64,000 nucleotides of DNA from Balanoglossus misakiensis (taxonomy: Eukaryota; Animalia; Hemichordata), in assembly GCA_040954595.2 (NCBI GenBank), contig CM082580.2, positions 3,214,783 to 3,278,782 of the forward strand, given 5' to 3'. Position numbers and translations under genes: made by a program. Every line of letters starts with the position of its first letter. Positions within the stretch are counted from its first letter, which is position 1. Below are positions 28,701-39,104 of the stretch, piece by piece. The notes beneath the pieces were generated by a model that was not told the DNA's origin, made no database searches, and was given only the letters and a program-made list of their open reading frames with translations.

Positions 28701-29873
28701 CTGATAATCCATACGAAATGCAAATTGGGTCGTAACTGATAAGGCATATATCTTTAATTAAGGTGAATTGAAATACAAGTCTAGGAAGTCATTGATTTTA
28801 TACAGCAAGTGCATTTCACCAAAATCAATATTACATGTAGTAAGGGATAGGGGTGGCGTTTTGCTTGACTGCAGTATTTGTTAATGTTCTAAGAGACTGA
28901 ACAGGAATTTAATCTCATACAGTCTGGCACTGGCAGACCTCCCGGAGATTTCTGTCTGAAATTGGCTTAAGTGATCTCCTTAATACACATTTTGAATTCA
29001 CTTGCCAAAGCTCAGAATGAAAATTACCACACAACCTTTTCAATTATTAACCTGAGATTGTGTTAACGCTGGCCATTAGGACCTTTACGGAAGTACCACT
29101 GTAATGTATGGCCTACAAAACTAGTAAATATCTTAGTCAACATTCACTCCATTTTGATAAAATTTTGTCCAAGCACAGTCTAGTAGGCTTATACTATACA
29201 TACATATATATTTGGTTAAATTTTCAGGATGGATAGGAAAGTGAACGTTTTTAAGACCGCTTTCATTATCCTGGTGTGTGTGTGTGTGAAATGTATGCTG
29301 CATTTAAAGGTATACGGTCACCTATGGAAAATTAGCTATAGTTACCATGGCGAATTGAGATCTAGCCAATCACGGATTTTCAGTGGGTGGCACACGCGAA
29401 AAAAAGAGCGCCACCATATGTTCTTTAGAACGCTTAAATACGCCATTTCAGCCATCTATGCGCGTATGCAAATTGGAGGTGACCGTATACTTTTAACCCA
29501 TTCACAATTTGGTATATGCCGATTGCTTTAGAGGGGTTGGATGAACCCGAACATAGGTAGATGTACATGTATGGGGGGGGGGGGGGGGGGGCTGGTTGCA
29601 TTCTGTCCTACCTATATTGCCTATTCATTGATGCTACATTACCAGAGGAATCCACTATACAATTTCTGCATTACCGGTCTGTATTCAGCTAATGCCACAC
29701 ACAAACACACACAAAATGAAAATCCATTCCTATTTTTTAATGTTGCTTGATGCTGTTTTTCAGATCTTGCTCAGTTTGAAGGTGGTGACAGCAAAGTCAG
29801 TACACTGGTGGCTGCAGCCAACAGTCCGGATAATCTGTGTCGAATGGACCCAGCATGGCATCCGTGGCTCTAA
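1..29873 (+). CDS. TRRAP: TRRAP (transformation/transcription domain-associated protein, PIKK pseudokinase), 3' portion; the gene starts upstream of the window
   Basis: GT-AG exons traced by eye: 1-14, 264-406, 965-1067, 1375-1485, 2059-2241, 3056-3229, 3663-3782, 4473-4616, 5047-5190, 5865-6023, 11855-12082, 12593-12688, 13305-13400, 13760-13878, 14383-14500, 15008-15123, 15635-15847, 16216-16335, 16951-17139, 17763-17911, 18343-18624, 19048-19220, 19853-19952, 20407-20704, 21202-21403, 21825-21932, 22428-22544, 23044-23259, 23505-23646, 24504-24700, 27357-27465, 29764-29873. Peptides match TRRAP as I recall it: LREKSILLVKMMQYVEKRFPDDLELNAQFL, ELLQEEDMWAGLWQKRC, DPGPIRATAPMWRCSRIMHMQR, PVPFRLTPNIAEFLT, and the FATC end NLCRMDPAWHPWL*. 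Confidence 0.97.
474..683. mobile_element. MITE family A (~205 bp, TIR CTGTAAAACAyTTATTTTCGCGAG, TA target site; Tc1/mariner-like non-autonomous element)
   Basis: Terminal inverted repeats ctgtaaaac...gttttacag. About 10 related copies in the window. Confidence 0.85.
1110..1169. mobile_element. 3' fragment of TTAA-flanked MITE family B (AGGGACAAAGTCTCTCTCGCTGCCCC TIR)
   Basis: ggtgtcttgtatcaaacataattaatgaaaaaggggcagcgagagagactttgtccct-ttaa matches the ends of the full copies at 17162 and 51348. Confidence 0.75.
1768..1841 (-). mobile_element. 3' tail of an L2/CR1-group LINE (or L2-tailed SINE)
   Basis: The minus strand reads aaagcgcctttgag...ggcgctatacaaat followed by a (tgat)n tail, the typical L2 3' end architecture. 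Confidence 0.6.
2558..2707. mobile_element. Short inverted-repeat (MITE-like) element
   Basis: agaatctcacacctccaaggac...gatcagattt pairs with aaatctgatc...gtcctcggaggtgtgagattct. No clear TSD. Confidence 0.55.
3290..3552 (-). mobile_element. Degenerate L2 (CR1-clade) LINE, ORF2 C-terminal fragment
   Basis: Minus-strand translation VLAQLHWLPVRLRIDYKILLITFKVIHN*IPAYISDLLQPYTPTCTLRSS...YGGRAFFYTAH*LWNALPLDIR contains the hallmark L2 motifs (LHWLPV, LRSS, GxRAF, LWNxLP) and two stops. Confidence 0.85.
3801..3984. mobile_element. MITE family C (AGGTATACGGTCACCT TIR, TTAA-type site; Kolobok-like)
   Basis: aggtatacagtcacct...aggtgactgtatccct. Homologous to 29308-29492 and 53430-53615. Confidence 0.75.
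4166..4376. mobile_element. MITE family A copy
   Basis: Same TIRs and internal gatatcgagagaggccactg motif; flanked by TA. Confidence 0.85.
5247..5457. mobile_element. MITE family A copy
   Basis: ta-ctgtaaaacac...gtgttttacag-ta. Confidence 0.88.
6621..6770. mobile_element. Non-autonomous TIR element with TAG...CTA ends and a near-perfect 9-bp TSD (AcademH-like)
   Basis: 18-bp perfect TIR TAGACTCTCTCACAGCCC / GGGCTGTGAGAGAGTCTA. Flanks GGTTTTAGT and GATTTTAGT match at 8 of 9 positions. Confidence 0.75.
6813..10370 (-). CDS. Toll-like receptor (LRR ectodomain, LRRCT, transmembrane helix, TIR), single coding exon, nested antisense in a TRRAP intron
   Basis: Uninterrupted ORF; the track starts it at TTG 10388, first ATG is 10370 (MRILDY...). 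Hydrophobic N-terminus, about 20 LxxLxLxxN repeats, LRRCT NPLNCNCDM, TM YIVAIVTVVVCVSSIVIY, and TIR boxes YDAFISHS, LCIADRDFTIG, SKWCKFE, FWKRL. Confidence 0.96.
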   Translation of the reverse strand: MRILDYAVNISSLVYYYATVCSVISIFCLIHDSLAVTETFRFCRSTPSAASGAHFDCHHGVWPDIPTFLPVSTSQLAIHDSSIQQLSQESFTHLPNLRQLSLNGNNFAYIPNSSLSNLDVLEELDISSNNDFKIHCHTFSELHNLTKLKINNVAENRDKLLVDKCLWQGLHKLKSLEFCDNRLIFNESNAKVFEGLSNLQTLILRNSFGDILLITDNVFTGLTNLTYLDLSFNKITQVHTRLFGQLHKLRFLNLSHNHISTLERTSFDGLSQLTRIDLSNNKFKFPHGDMVILSLATSVPALKQIIINNKNNNANIEEFHESTLVSDLRMGQTHKRMIQELEQLELLDLADSADLGDKLMYNLYTQYTTGGQHLSDWVCQFQRLTELKLQDNLFFKHLEVSTLVKGAQRQCTSFEMLHMSLHEDLYDKLCLLNSAHDSERQEDTIFKVLNDRLHTADQAGTGGESCDRLPELVQIYSQRMLLEGTHVHTLSIEMDVNPGIRVFQPFGCSGNQFISAERLVLKGNVYAIRDVVSCVESVKTLQINNVDDRLFRVFERKNERLDTLQQLDISQNRISYLDDYDFSTFINLVHLNLSNNVITDIGLLKGLTTLQHLDLSYNKIQLINSYTFSDALNLQSLNLSHNQISQISKAAFFHLKSLQVLSLEENHIESLSSHNCIDIPKSSVVDFSGNNLEELLVCDSFRDLTVSRNQGITICGEKCLAGIRRSKNLQLLNLRDTQISFCGPKTSDHRLIHRQCQKRDCAPLLISSSLRQVSMRVVSNLPDTIDLPRLFFLDLSHSTFILNYNHGYHPNITHKKTITRAILSHTSFNEDHAHCDNTKTKIFFQDLIQLEYLDISHCGITAVCQFYFRSLTSLRHLNLSNNEISFLGSDIFEYNPAIQIIDLSFNHLSRVDLATFSKLSNLAVIYFENNPLNCNCDMEEVQSWLQDSEIQFTSDGSLPWQTYLCVLPSNNINKPLEMIDFEQMGCKSSVMQYIVAIVTVVVCVSSIVIYPRLKDNVYLTICEYGPNHRNRYSQNLTEAGKCDYDAFISHSHYNQDWVFNQLLPMIEENSTHTFKLCIADRDFTIGKPIIKNITELMNRSRKVIFVMSNHFLNSKWCKFEMEVAHSCHLGSKEKIIIILLEDIPRNQISSEIRALLNTLTYIVWPADDRYKQPDFWKRLHTALTS
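12742..12930. repeat. Dispersed repeat (probable transposon fragment); second copy at 49696-49862
   Basis: ggctgcctt.aataggttttcactttg.gctagggggtcaaatcacatt...gagatagaaga...ggtcaaacat is shared by both loci. Confidence 0.75.
14160..14297. mobile_element. MITE family A, degenerate/partial copy
   Basis: gtggcctctctcgatatcacgaaaattttcaactcgcgaaaataacatattttacag-ta. Confidence 0.7.
16374..16757. mobile_element. Two inverted copies of an ~85-bp piggyBac-like MITE (TTAA-CCC...GGG); a third copy at ~10648-10713
   Basis: ttaa-ccctgtcaccacaatggttcagtccaa...gggggtgaaaggg (16374-16458) and its reverse complement at 16674-16757. Confidence 0.6.
17162..17513. mobile_element. MITE family B, full copy (long palindromic arms, TTAA TSD, AG...CT ends; Kolobok-like)
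   Basis: ttaa-agggacagtctctctctcg...gagagagactttgtccct-ttaa. The arms are complementary over more than 150 bp. Confidence 0.85.
21437..21632. mobile_element. MITE family B, 5' half
   Basis: ttaa-agggacaaagtctctctctcgctgcc... matches the 17162 copy up to the centre. Confidence 0.8.
22595..22722. repeat. (CAT)n/(CAC)n microsatellite
   Basis: Run of catcatcat with caccat variants inside a TRRAP intron. Confidence 0.95.
27807..28007. mobile_element. MITE family A copy (subfamily A2, reverse orientation)
   Basis: TA-flanked TIRs. Its internal segment (tgtgaaagaacaatgtgcacgatgcagtacgag) is shared with the 56538 copy. Confidence 0.88.
29308..29492. mobile_element. MITE family C copy (TTAA TSD)
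   Basis: ttaa-aggtatacggtcacct...aggtgaccgtatactt-ttaa. Confidence 0.85.
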
Positions 29874-32239
29874 AACACCAATGGCCCCACCTGTGACTTT
29901 CGTCTAGACCTTTAAACCAATGGACTCTCAACAGCTGTATACAGAATGCTGCAATTGTTGAAAGAAGCCACAAAAATAATCCAACTTGAGATCAAGGATA
30001 AAACACCAAATCATTGTTATAACCGTACACCCAAATACAAGCAATATTGAACCACTGGCAATGTCAAATACATGTGTACAACCAAAGTTGAGTCGCAACT
30101 CCAAACTTTCAGTCGTCATAGTCAAATGTATCAGTCCTACAAGCGCTTGTAGTTCTCTGAGAAAACTTTCTCGAAAACTAACATTTAGTCTCAAACAAAA
30201 ATCTCTGGAATTTAGCAGCTAAATTATTGGTTGATGATATATAGAGATATTGTATGATTTAGAGTTTGTACAGTTTGAAGAGTGACACAAGTCAATCTGA
30301 AATTGTTCTGTTATTTGATGTTGGATTTCCCAGTTAAATGTTATAAATACAGTAAATGCTGGTACATTAACTCGCACAGCCAGTAGGAGAGGCTGTCGTT
30401 TTGCAGCCAATTTACAATTTACATTTAACAAAAATAGCCACAAACAAAACCAAACAAATCCATTCTGTTTCTGCATAAACACTTTCTCAGCTGTCAATTT
30501 TGACGGGAGGGAGAAAACATCCAGTATGGTGTTTATCTGTCCAAGATAAGTTGAATAAGATTTCTATGACAAGACAATATATAGTTGAAATTTATATTTT
30601 TAAAATCTGAAGTTTTTTTAAAAAATAAAGACATGCAAATATTTGATGGGGAATGGTATTGATGGTTGTTATGTTATGCTACATGTCCAAGAGAGAGAAG
30701 GCAAGAATTCTTTCAACGTAATGCTTTCAAAGTCGATAAAGGTGCATGTATTTTAGTATTGGTCAATTGTTGTGTTGTGCCTCAGACAGGAGTATAACTA
30801 AGAAGTTCGACATTGGTCCTTGGGGTTGACAGTATTAGCAAAGCAAGAGTGGGGAGAGAGGATTGAAGAGAGTTTTTATATAGACAAAAATAGCCACAAG
30901 GAAAGCAACCAAACCAGTTGTCAGTTTCTCATCCTCATCTGCCACCCCTGGGCTTTGGGTTTGTACAAATGATCAAGAGTTTACATCAATACAAAACAGG
31001 AATGCCAAAATGAAGTTGAACAAGAAACAGAGAGCAAGATGTGAATTTTAATCTTGGCTTTATAATTATCAGCCAGACTTATACCATTTAATAACTGTTA
31101 TTTATTTGCATTTTTGCATTTGCGGCTTGTATTAATGTCTTGTTAGTATAGATCAATTATGTTGTAATAAATTCATTTTGGCAATAATTTATCATCGTCA
31201 GTGCATGTATGTGTAAAATATGTATGGTTGGAAATTTGGTTGGCCACCCCTCTTCCAAAATTATTTGTGTTCTCGACCGCCCCTGCTGGGCCTTACAAGA
31301 TTGCCCACACTTGATGACAGGTGTTACTCTAAATATTCATGCTTACGTGTCCCAATGATATGCTAATTTCAAACTTCAATTTGCATAAAATTAAACTTTA
31401 CAGGTGTGTTATGTAGTGTATGTGGGGAAGGCTTACAGCTATTGATGTTATGCGTGTACATGGTAAGCTTACGCAAAAATTGTCTAGGCCTAATGCAGTA
31501 GGCCTATAAGTGTCACGTTTTTAGTTTTTTTTTCCCTTAAATCTCCATGAAATCGATGTGAAGATAGTGACTATCTATATCCTCTTCGAAAACTAGCAGC
31601 TACACATTGGTATAGCTAAAACTGGGTCACAATGCTCTACATGGTACTACTGCCCGTCTGTGTATTGAGTGCATGGCCTCCCTGGCTTTTGAATGAACCA
31701 CTCTACAAGGAGCCACAGCGGCAACGCGTCTGAGGGTATGAGGCCGATATTGGTGAGCAACTCATCTGCGAAAAGATTTGATACTGCAGTGAAGCCGTCC
31801 GACATTACAAATCACATCTGATGAACAGCAACAGAAAGTTAGCAGAATTTTACAAGGTATGCAGAATTTGTTAAATAGTAAAACAGCCAACCTTGTTACA
31901 TGTTGGTTTCTATGTACACATACCAGAAATTTGTAGTGAATTTATTGCAACGTTTGTGGTTTGTTTCTAGTGAATTGACTTTATGTATGCAAATCATCAC
32001 TACCCCCCCCCCCCCCCCCCCATTAATTGCTTCCTACGCCCCAGCAAAAGTTTGAATGCAGACTGCTTGCCACCATAAACACAGACACGGTCAAGGTTAG
32101 GTTTTTAATCAATGTTTATTTCTCTTCACTACATTTTTGCCATCACTCAATTTTTACAATAAAATGACGAGGCATAAATTCGTATAATTCATATCTTACA
32201 CACATTCATTCTTGCTGTAGAATGTTTTTGTCATTATTA

Positions 32240-32284
32240 TGTCGCCGGGAGTTTTTCCACTTTTACCCGGGCAGTACTTTTCTA
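32240..32284 (+). repeat. First 45 bp of the Gypsy 5' LTR, separated from the rest by the inserted DNA transposon
   Basis: tgtcgccgggagtttttccacttttacccgggcagtacttttcta is identical to 46491-46535. Confidence 0.95.
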
Positions 32285-32805
32285 GACAGGGGCGACAAAC
32301 GTTATGCGCATGTGCCACAGGAAGTAAACAGTTACATAGACTTATGCTGGAGACGTAACTTTTTTTCAAAAGGGATGAAAAATACCCAAAAGGGATGGAC
32401 AAAATGACACATAAAGCTCGTGTGAACCATGATCTAAAACATACCTCATGTCCACATCAATCTAACCCTGGCCTAATAAGATATCGCGACTTGAATTTGG
32501 TGGCGCGTAATTTGAGCATGCACAACGTCATGTCAGTGTTGTGTCAGTTTGAAATAAACATTTCAAAGTTATGCAGATACTGTGATTTCGACTTAGGCTA
32601 ATAAAACTTCACCTACGTCATGTTGATAGCTGTTTAACAATCGTGTGATTTTCACGAAAAGTATGATGTGTACTACCGCCTTAGTTGAGAAATAAACAAT
32701 AATCCGTTCTCATGAGCAACAGCAGACGATGTAAACATTTGGCGCGAACGTTTCCAAAAGTGGACCAGTCGTTACCATGGTAGTCTAGTTGTAAACACTG
32801 CCAAG

Positions 32806-35800
32806 ATGTGCGACAACGACTGTGTCTTAGCTGGTAAAACCAGGTCACAAAACAAATGTAGTGGGAAGTTATATGCTATAACGGATGCGATAAGAAGATG
32901 TTGCAAAGGGTTAGTGAATGACGGCGATGTTTTTAGTTTTATTTGTAAATATCATTTTCGTCGTGTGACAAGAGACGACAGTCGCCGTTGCTCTTGTCCG
33001 GCACCATGGTCACACAGTCAGACGATCAGCGACCGCCCGATCCCGTCAAGGCTGTACAAGGTTTTTGATGAAGTAGGCGAGTCCGACAGAAGTTACATGC
33101 CTGGAACACGATGGTGTCATAGGTGCAAGTTACGAGCCGACTCAGAGTTTTTCCCCGGCTTCCAAGCTTACGTTCCTCCCAGCCAAAGTAAATCCGTTGA
33201 CCTCAGAGACAGATCCCCCTTGGTAAGTTTCAAGCATCTATATCTTCTGATTACATGTTTTCAATGTAGAAACGCACACTGGGATCGTGGGAGGTTCACT
33301 TCGGGTTCAATGACACAATATGTACGTACGAAAGTCGTATTATGAAACAAAACAAACGTAAGAAAGGGAAGTCCCTGACACTTCAATAATTGAGGGCGCA
33401 AACGCTGGGGGGGGGGTTCTTGAGAGAATGAAAATGATAATGTCTTGTTGTTTTTTCATTATATTTATCAGGTTCTACACAAGGAATATCTGTGTTTTGT
33501 GAAAAAGTAATTGATACATTGATGTGATTGTCCTATTTCTTCAACTCAACACTTGTACATGTATTTTCTATCATACAGTACCCAATCCAATTTGACCAGA
33601 AAGAGACACAGTATTGTGGTACAGTTCTTTCAAGTAGTGAGGGTCACGTATTGTTGTCAAGTAGTCAATGGAGAAGCATTATTTCGAAACTAGAAGGTTA
33701 GTATTTGATTTTAACACAGTTACAGAGAGTTAATAAGATTTTGTGCTATTTATCTAACGAATAAGGCCAGTTTTGATATCATTACCACCAGATGCAAGAC
33801 ATACAAAGAGGTAAATCAAATCTGCACCCTTTCAATATAACATTGTTTGGTCTGAGACTGTGCAGTTACTAAAATATGACTTCATTAGGTGTAAGACTTT
33901 TCACATGCAATGTAAGGCAACTAAATAAAATGTGAACAGTGTCTAGCAGCAAGTAGGTTATTTGGTAATTCTGATAATAATTGTGGGTTATAATTTTCCT
34001 CAAAATTCCCAGCATCAACTTTTCCCACTCAACTGAGGACCCTACAGGAAATGGTGTACAGGGCACAACAGAATGGTGTTTCTTTTGATCTGAAGAAGTT
34101 GGAGTTCTTTGTAAAGAAACATGTACCGGATCTGTATAGTTTGATCTATACAGCACTAGTTGACCCAGCAACATCGACACAAAGAAAAAAACAACAAGAG
34201 ATGAGAGTACTGGCCACCTTAAATTTACTCACATTTTACAGGTGAATAATTTTGTTTCTTTTGGTAGCTTATTTACATTGTTGTGTTCACTGAAACACAC
34301 CCAATGGTCAGTTGTTTAAAACTACTTGAGTGTACCAAAATCTCAACCTATTTCTTTTCAATCATAAAATTAGATCACAGAAGACAAGCCAGTTCCAAGA
34401 GGCCATGGGATTTTATTTAACCATGCAAGGGTTGTCACAGGAAGCCCTGGATATGTGTCGGGTGTTGGGTCTCTCACAGCACTCAAGAACCTTGGGGAGG
34501 AAGAAACAAGTAATTTCCAAAGAACACAGGAGAAATGTGCAGACATTCATTAAGAAGAAGTTACAAGTAGGTTTTTTATATTAAAAGGAAATTTTGCACT
34601 TTTTCAGAGATTTAATTTGCACTTTTTCAGTGATTTAATTTAGTGAAATATACATGTATTTATAAATGAATTTCATTTTTGAGTTTACCCAAAAGCCAGA
34701 AAGAAAAGTTCAACACCCATTTAAGTGAAAAACAATGTTTTTTATTCCTTGAAGTTTAATGTAAAAATCCATCTCTTTATAATAATTTATGTAGTAAGGT
34801 TAGTTGTAAATAGAAAACATACCTGTGTGTGAGTCTATCTAAAACACATTGGTTATGGAGACCAGGCTACATGATTGCTATCCTAGCTTTTACAAGATGA
34901 TGCTCTTTTTGTACAATGTCATTCATGTTCCAATTTATTGTATAGTCAATCTATGACAGTCATAGGGGTGTTATGCATGATGTCCTATAATTACAAAGTC
35001 GTACACCTTTTACCTTTGACTCTTTTTATTTTGATTCCAAGGAAAGAGGAAAGACATTCATCCTGGCATTAATCGACGACTTCCATAACATACATGGGTT
35101 TAAATCGATGGCTTCTGGCCATAAGGACCTCAAAACCAGTAAGGCAGTACACATGGCGACTACAATGTTGGATATTCTTCCAATTGAGCCACTCAATCTG
35201 CCAGATGATGGATCTATGCACAGGTAAGGGTAAAACATATTAATGATTACCTTATGACAGTCTTTGCAAAAATAATATACTGTATACATGTTTTACAGTT
35301 TTCTGAACAATACAAAAAGTATAATAAAACAACTGTACTATTTGCGTCATACGTATACTATATATACATGTGGACATGACAAAAATGTTCTTTTTACTTT
35401 GCATCCAGGACCATATTCATATACGACAAAAATGGCAAACAAATTCCAGTACGAGGAGGGATAGCACCCCATGTAATGAGGAGAGAATTTAAATACTTTA
35501 TGAAAGATTATTCCATGAGCTTTTTGGAATCTTTACCATCTACCTTTCATAAGCTTAACACTCAACATGCTATCTCATCATTGAAGAATATGAGGTAAGG
35601 TCCCACCGTTGTCCGATGCCACCAAACATTTGTGTGTTCGTTCGGTCAGTCAATCAATCAGTCAGTTACAGGAAATACAACAGTACTGTAATAAAATTAA
35701 AGTCTTTTATGATGTTACATTGTTTATCATGAATGTTTCCCCACTAAATAAAGAATGTAAAGTTATACTTACCAAATGTACTACATATTTTATCACCTTT

Positions 35801-38470
35801 GTATTTCTGATGTAAATCACACCCAGTGAATCTGAAAAAGAAATTAGAGAATGTAACTGTCTGTTGCAGTGAATGAATATAATTGTTGATGTAATTTCTT
35901 TGCTCTAGCATTTACAACCTTTGCTCAATTCTCTTTTGTTTTTAATTTTAAGGCCATATACTGACATTGATGCAGAAGAATTGCACACCCTTGACACAAC
36001 CATTCTGATTGATGAGATTGAACAGCAACTAAAGAATAAAGATGACCTGTACAACCTGTGGACCATGCTTCTCAATTTGCCACAACTGAAGACATACACT
36101 TCACAGCATGCTATTTTGGCACCAGGTGATTGGCCAGTGTGGTACTTTGGGAAAAAAATCATCGCCTCTTACAATGAAAATGACACAGTTGTCCCAAGAG
36201 AAGTTCTTTCTTTCATACCTACTGTTGGTCAATTTCATATTGCTTTAAATGCATCCCGTGATATTGTTATCTGTTCAAAGTTTTTTTTCCAGTTACTGTG
36301 CAATGGAGTCTTTGATAAGCGTTTTATATTAGCTGCCTTGCCTAAACCCTACAAGGTCTCACTCTGTATTTTTCTAGCATTCAGTGGTTGGGTTCGCATC
36401 CGTCGTTATGTAATTGGAAAACTGACTGTCTGTAAATCTGTTGAAGTGCAATTCTTGCTTTTTCTTCTTGATGAATTAATCCCGCTTGTTTATTTACATT
36501 ACCCTGTTTTTGTTCAAGGTAATGACAGAAAGATGTTACTGAATGTCATGAAACGCCTGGAAATCTACTTCATCATAGCCAACAGACATCACTACAACAA
36601 ATCTTTGCTGAGTTTGCTTTCTGATGACCTATACCACACATCACACTTACCCGGTTACACAAATCTGACACAACACCACCAACATATCATCACTGAGAAG
36701 AAAGTGGAGCTCTTTCACTCATCACTTCGACACCACATACAACCACATGATGATGGCAACACAATACAAAGACAAGCACACATGCTACACTATACAAAGC
36801 ACAACATTCTAATTCAAGAATTCTTACAACTGCACAACCATGGCAAAGACGACTATGACCTGACACTGTTAGCTGGCAGAAGTGCTGAGACACTACTTGA
36901 CATTGTCAATCAGGTTATGAAATCTGCAGCTGAACACCGACCCACACCAATTAACAATGGAACATATCACCTCCCAACATTCAATGCAGACATCACATCA
37001 AAATGCCTACCGCTGGGTTTCAGGTGGTCTCACCAACACCGACCAAATGAAGACCTCCTGTGTGACAGTCCAACCTGTTCAACCTCTTCTTCTTCCAATC
37101 TTTGCAAACGTCTCACCTGTGGCCACACATATCACATTACCTGCCTCAGTCAAACTGGCTGTTCTATTTGTTCCCCTTTCCTAACAGCTGAAGTTGTTCG
37201 CCTGTCTAACAGCTGGAATGAGGGCATTGTGAAGGAAATGCCACAACGGCCTCCACAAGAGTCCACAGAGACAGAGCACAGTGATGGCTTTACGTCCACT
37301 TCACACACACATGGGAAAGAGTACTACCTAACAACACAATTTGAAGATGACATCAAATCTCGTGCAGCTTTAATACCACAAGTTAGAACTGGTCAATACC
37401 AAAACCACCAACACAGGGAGATGAGTACACACACTACATGCACCTCCAATGCTGGTTTCTCCAATGTTTCTTCTTCAACACAACTTCCTCAGCTATCTGT
37501 TCTTTCCCCCACTGAATCACAACAAGCACAGACACCCAACTCAAACACCAATAATGTTCAACAAACACAAACACCATCACTGCCAGCACAAACATCTTCT
37601 CCCTCATCAAATGATGATACACATTTACAACAATCACAGACATCCAACCTATCGACCAGCGGCGGAGAAACACAACAATCACAGACATCAGCACCTCCAG
37701 AACCCACAGCCACATGCAGTCACTCCACTTATACTCACAAACAGACACAAATACAAGAAAACACAAACAAACAACTTCATAAATATTCTCACTTACGACA
37801 TTTGGTTTGGTTGACACCAAAACCACAAATGCACGGCACCATTAATTACTGGCTATGTCACTACATCATTTCACAAGGAACAATACACTCCAATAATGTA
37901 CGTTCAGGCAGCAATGCTTGCACCTTGATTTGTCTACTGTTTGCGCAATGGTTTTACCAAAGATGTCCTACAAATATGCTAACTACATCGACAGTGTTAC
38001 CTCAAGAATGGTTGGCTGGATTCATTATGTCGTGCGTTCGTGGAAATGATGTACATGATGTATACCGATTAAATGCAATTCACAACTCATTGAACCTTTC
38101 ACCATCAGAGGCAATTAAAGTGCTAGGAAACAAATTAAATTTACAATTTCAGTCAAATGAAATTGGACCGGTTTATACTTGTCACAGGTCAGAACCGAGG
38201 CGAGGGTTATTAGAGTTTTATTTTGGTTATTGTTTAACCAAAAGACAAAGTGCATTAATATATGTTAGAAATGAAATGTCGGTGTTATTTATAGTGAACC
38301 AGGGCAACATTCTGCTTGTAGATTCGCATAGTCACAGAAATAGTCAGAGTGGTGCTTTGTTTGCCCAAGTTAAATATTCCAATGCAGTTGATTTGTTGAG
38401 ATGGTACGACAACTTTATTGGCATTGATGCAGAGTATCATATCGGTACCGTAACACTAATAGGATTTTAA
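32806..38470 (+). CDS. Spliced ~1280-aa putative transposase fused to a RING-H2 finger and a herpes-tegument-like (C76/VTD) cysteine protease
   Basis: Seven GT-AG exons that splice in frame with no stop: 32806-33222, 33579-33696, 34013-34241, 34374-34566, 35042-35223, 35409-35594, 35953-38470 (3843 nt). Motifs: N-terminal CxxH...CxxP..H...PG...CxxC; IDDFHNIH; PGDWPVW; GQFHIALN; EKKVELFHS; RING CDSPTC...CGHTYHITC...CSIC; C-terminal SQG...GSNACTLIC...LLVDSHSH. Confidence 0.85.
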
Positions 38471-39104
38471 TTTTGCAACTGATAACAGATATAGAAATAT
38501 GTAAATACCTGTAACTTATAACTTATGATCATATTTATTACCAAATCTTGACAAAGTCAATAATAACAGTTTCTATCTTGTAAGTACTGAATTAGATACT
38601 TCAGAGCAAATGTATAGTTGAGAAGATATCTGCAATTAAATACGAGGGGGAAAATCAATTATATCTAAGCTTACCTTCATCAATTCAAGTTGAGAGTTGA
38701 CCATCCATAGTTGTCATAGTGACCTTGTCTCTGTTGTTTCTGTAAATAAATAATGGGCAGTGTACATTAAGGAATACATAGCAAATGTTTTGAATTGCTT
38801 TGTTTATGTAAATATGTAATTTTGGATATTGATGTTTTCAGAGAAGTGGTCGATTTAATCTACATGTATGTACATAATATAGATGGGAAATGATCATATA
38901 TTTTTATAATAAATATTTTCGTTATTTATACATTGGATTTTCTCTTTGATAACATCTCTCATACCAATACAATCACAATTAAACATAGCACAACAACCAC
39001 CAGACTCACCTCGTTTATGTTTTCCGTAGTACCGGTAGACGGAATCGATATTCTAATTTATTGGAACATGGTGGAAGCATCTATAGGTGGTGCCATATTG
39101 GTAT

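Noticed and set aside
31630-31860. GC-richer exon-like stretch ending in caag/gtatgc
   Set aside because: Stops in all frames examined and no recognisable homology; cannot be supported as coding.
35921-38470. 849-aa ORF as a stand-alone gene
   Set aside because: The TTG start lies in a polypyrimidine tract; the ORF is the last exon (from 35953) of the spliced transposase gene.
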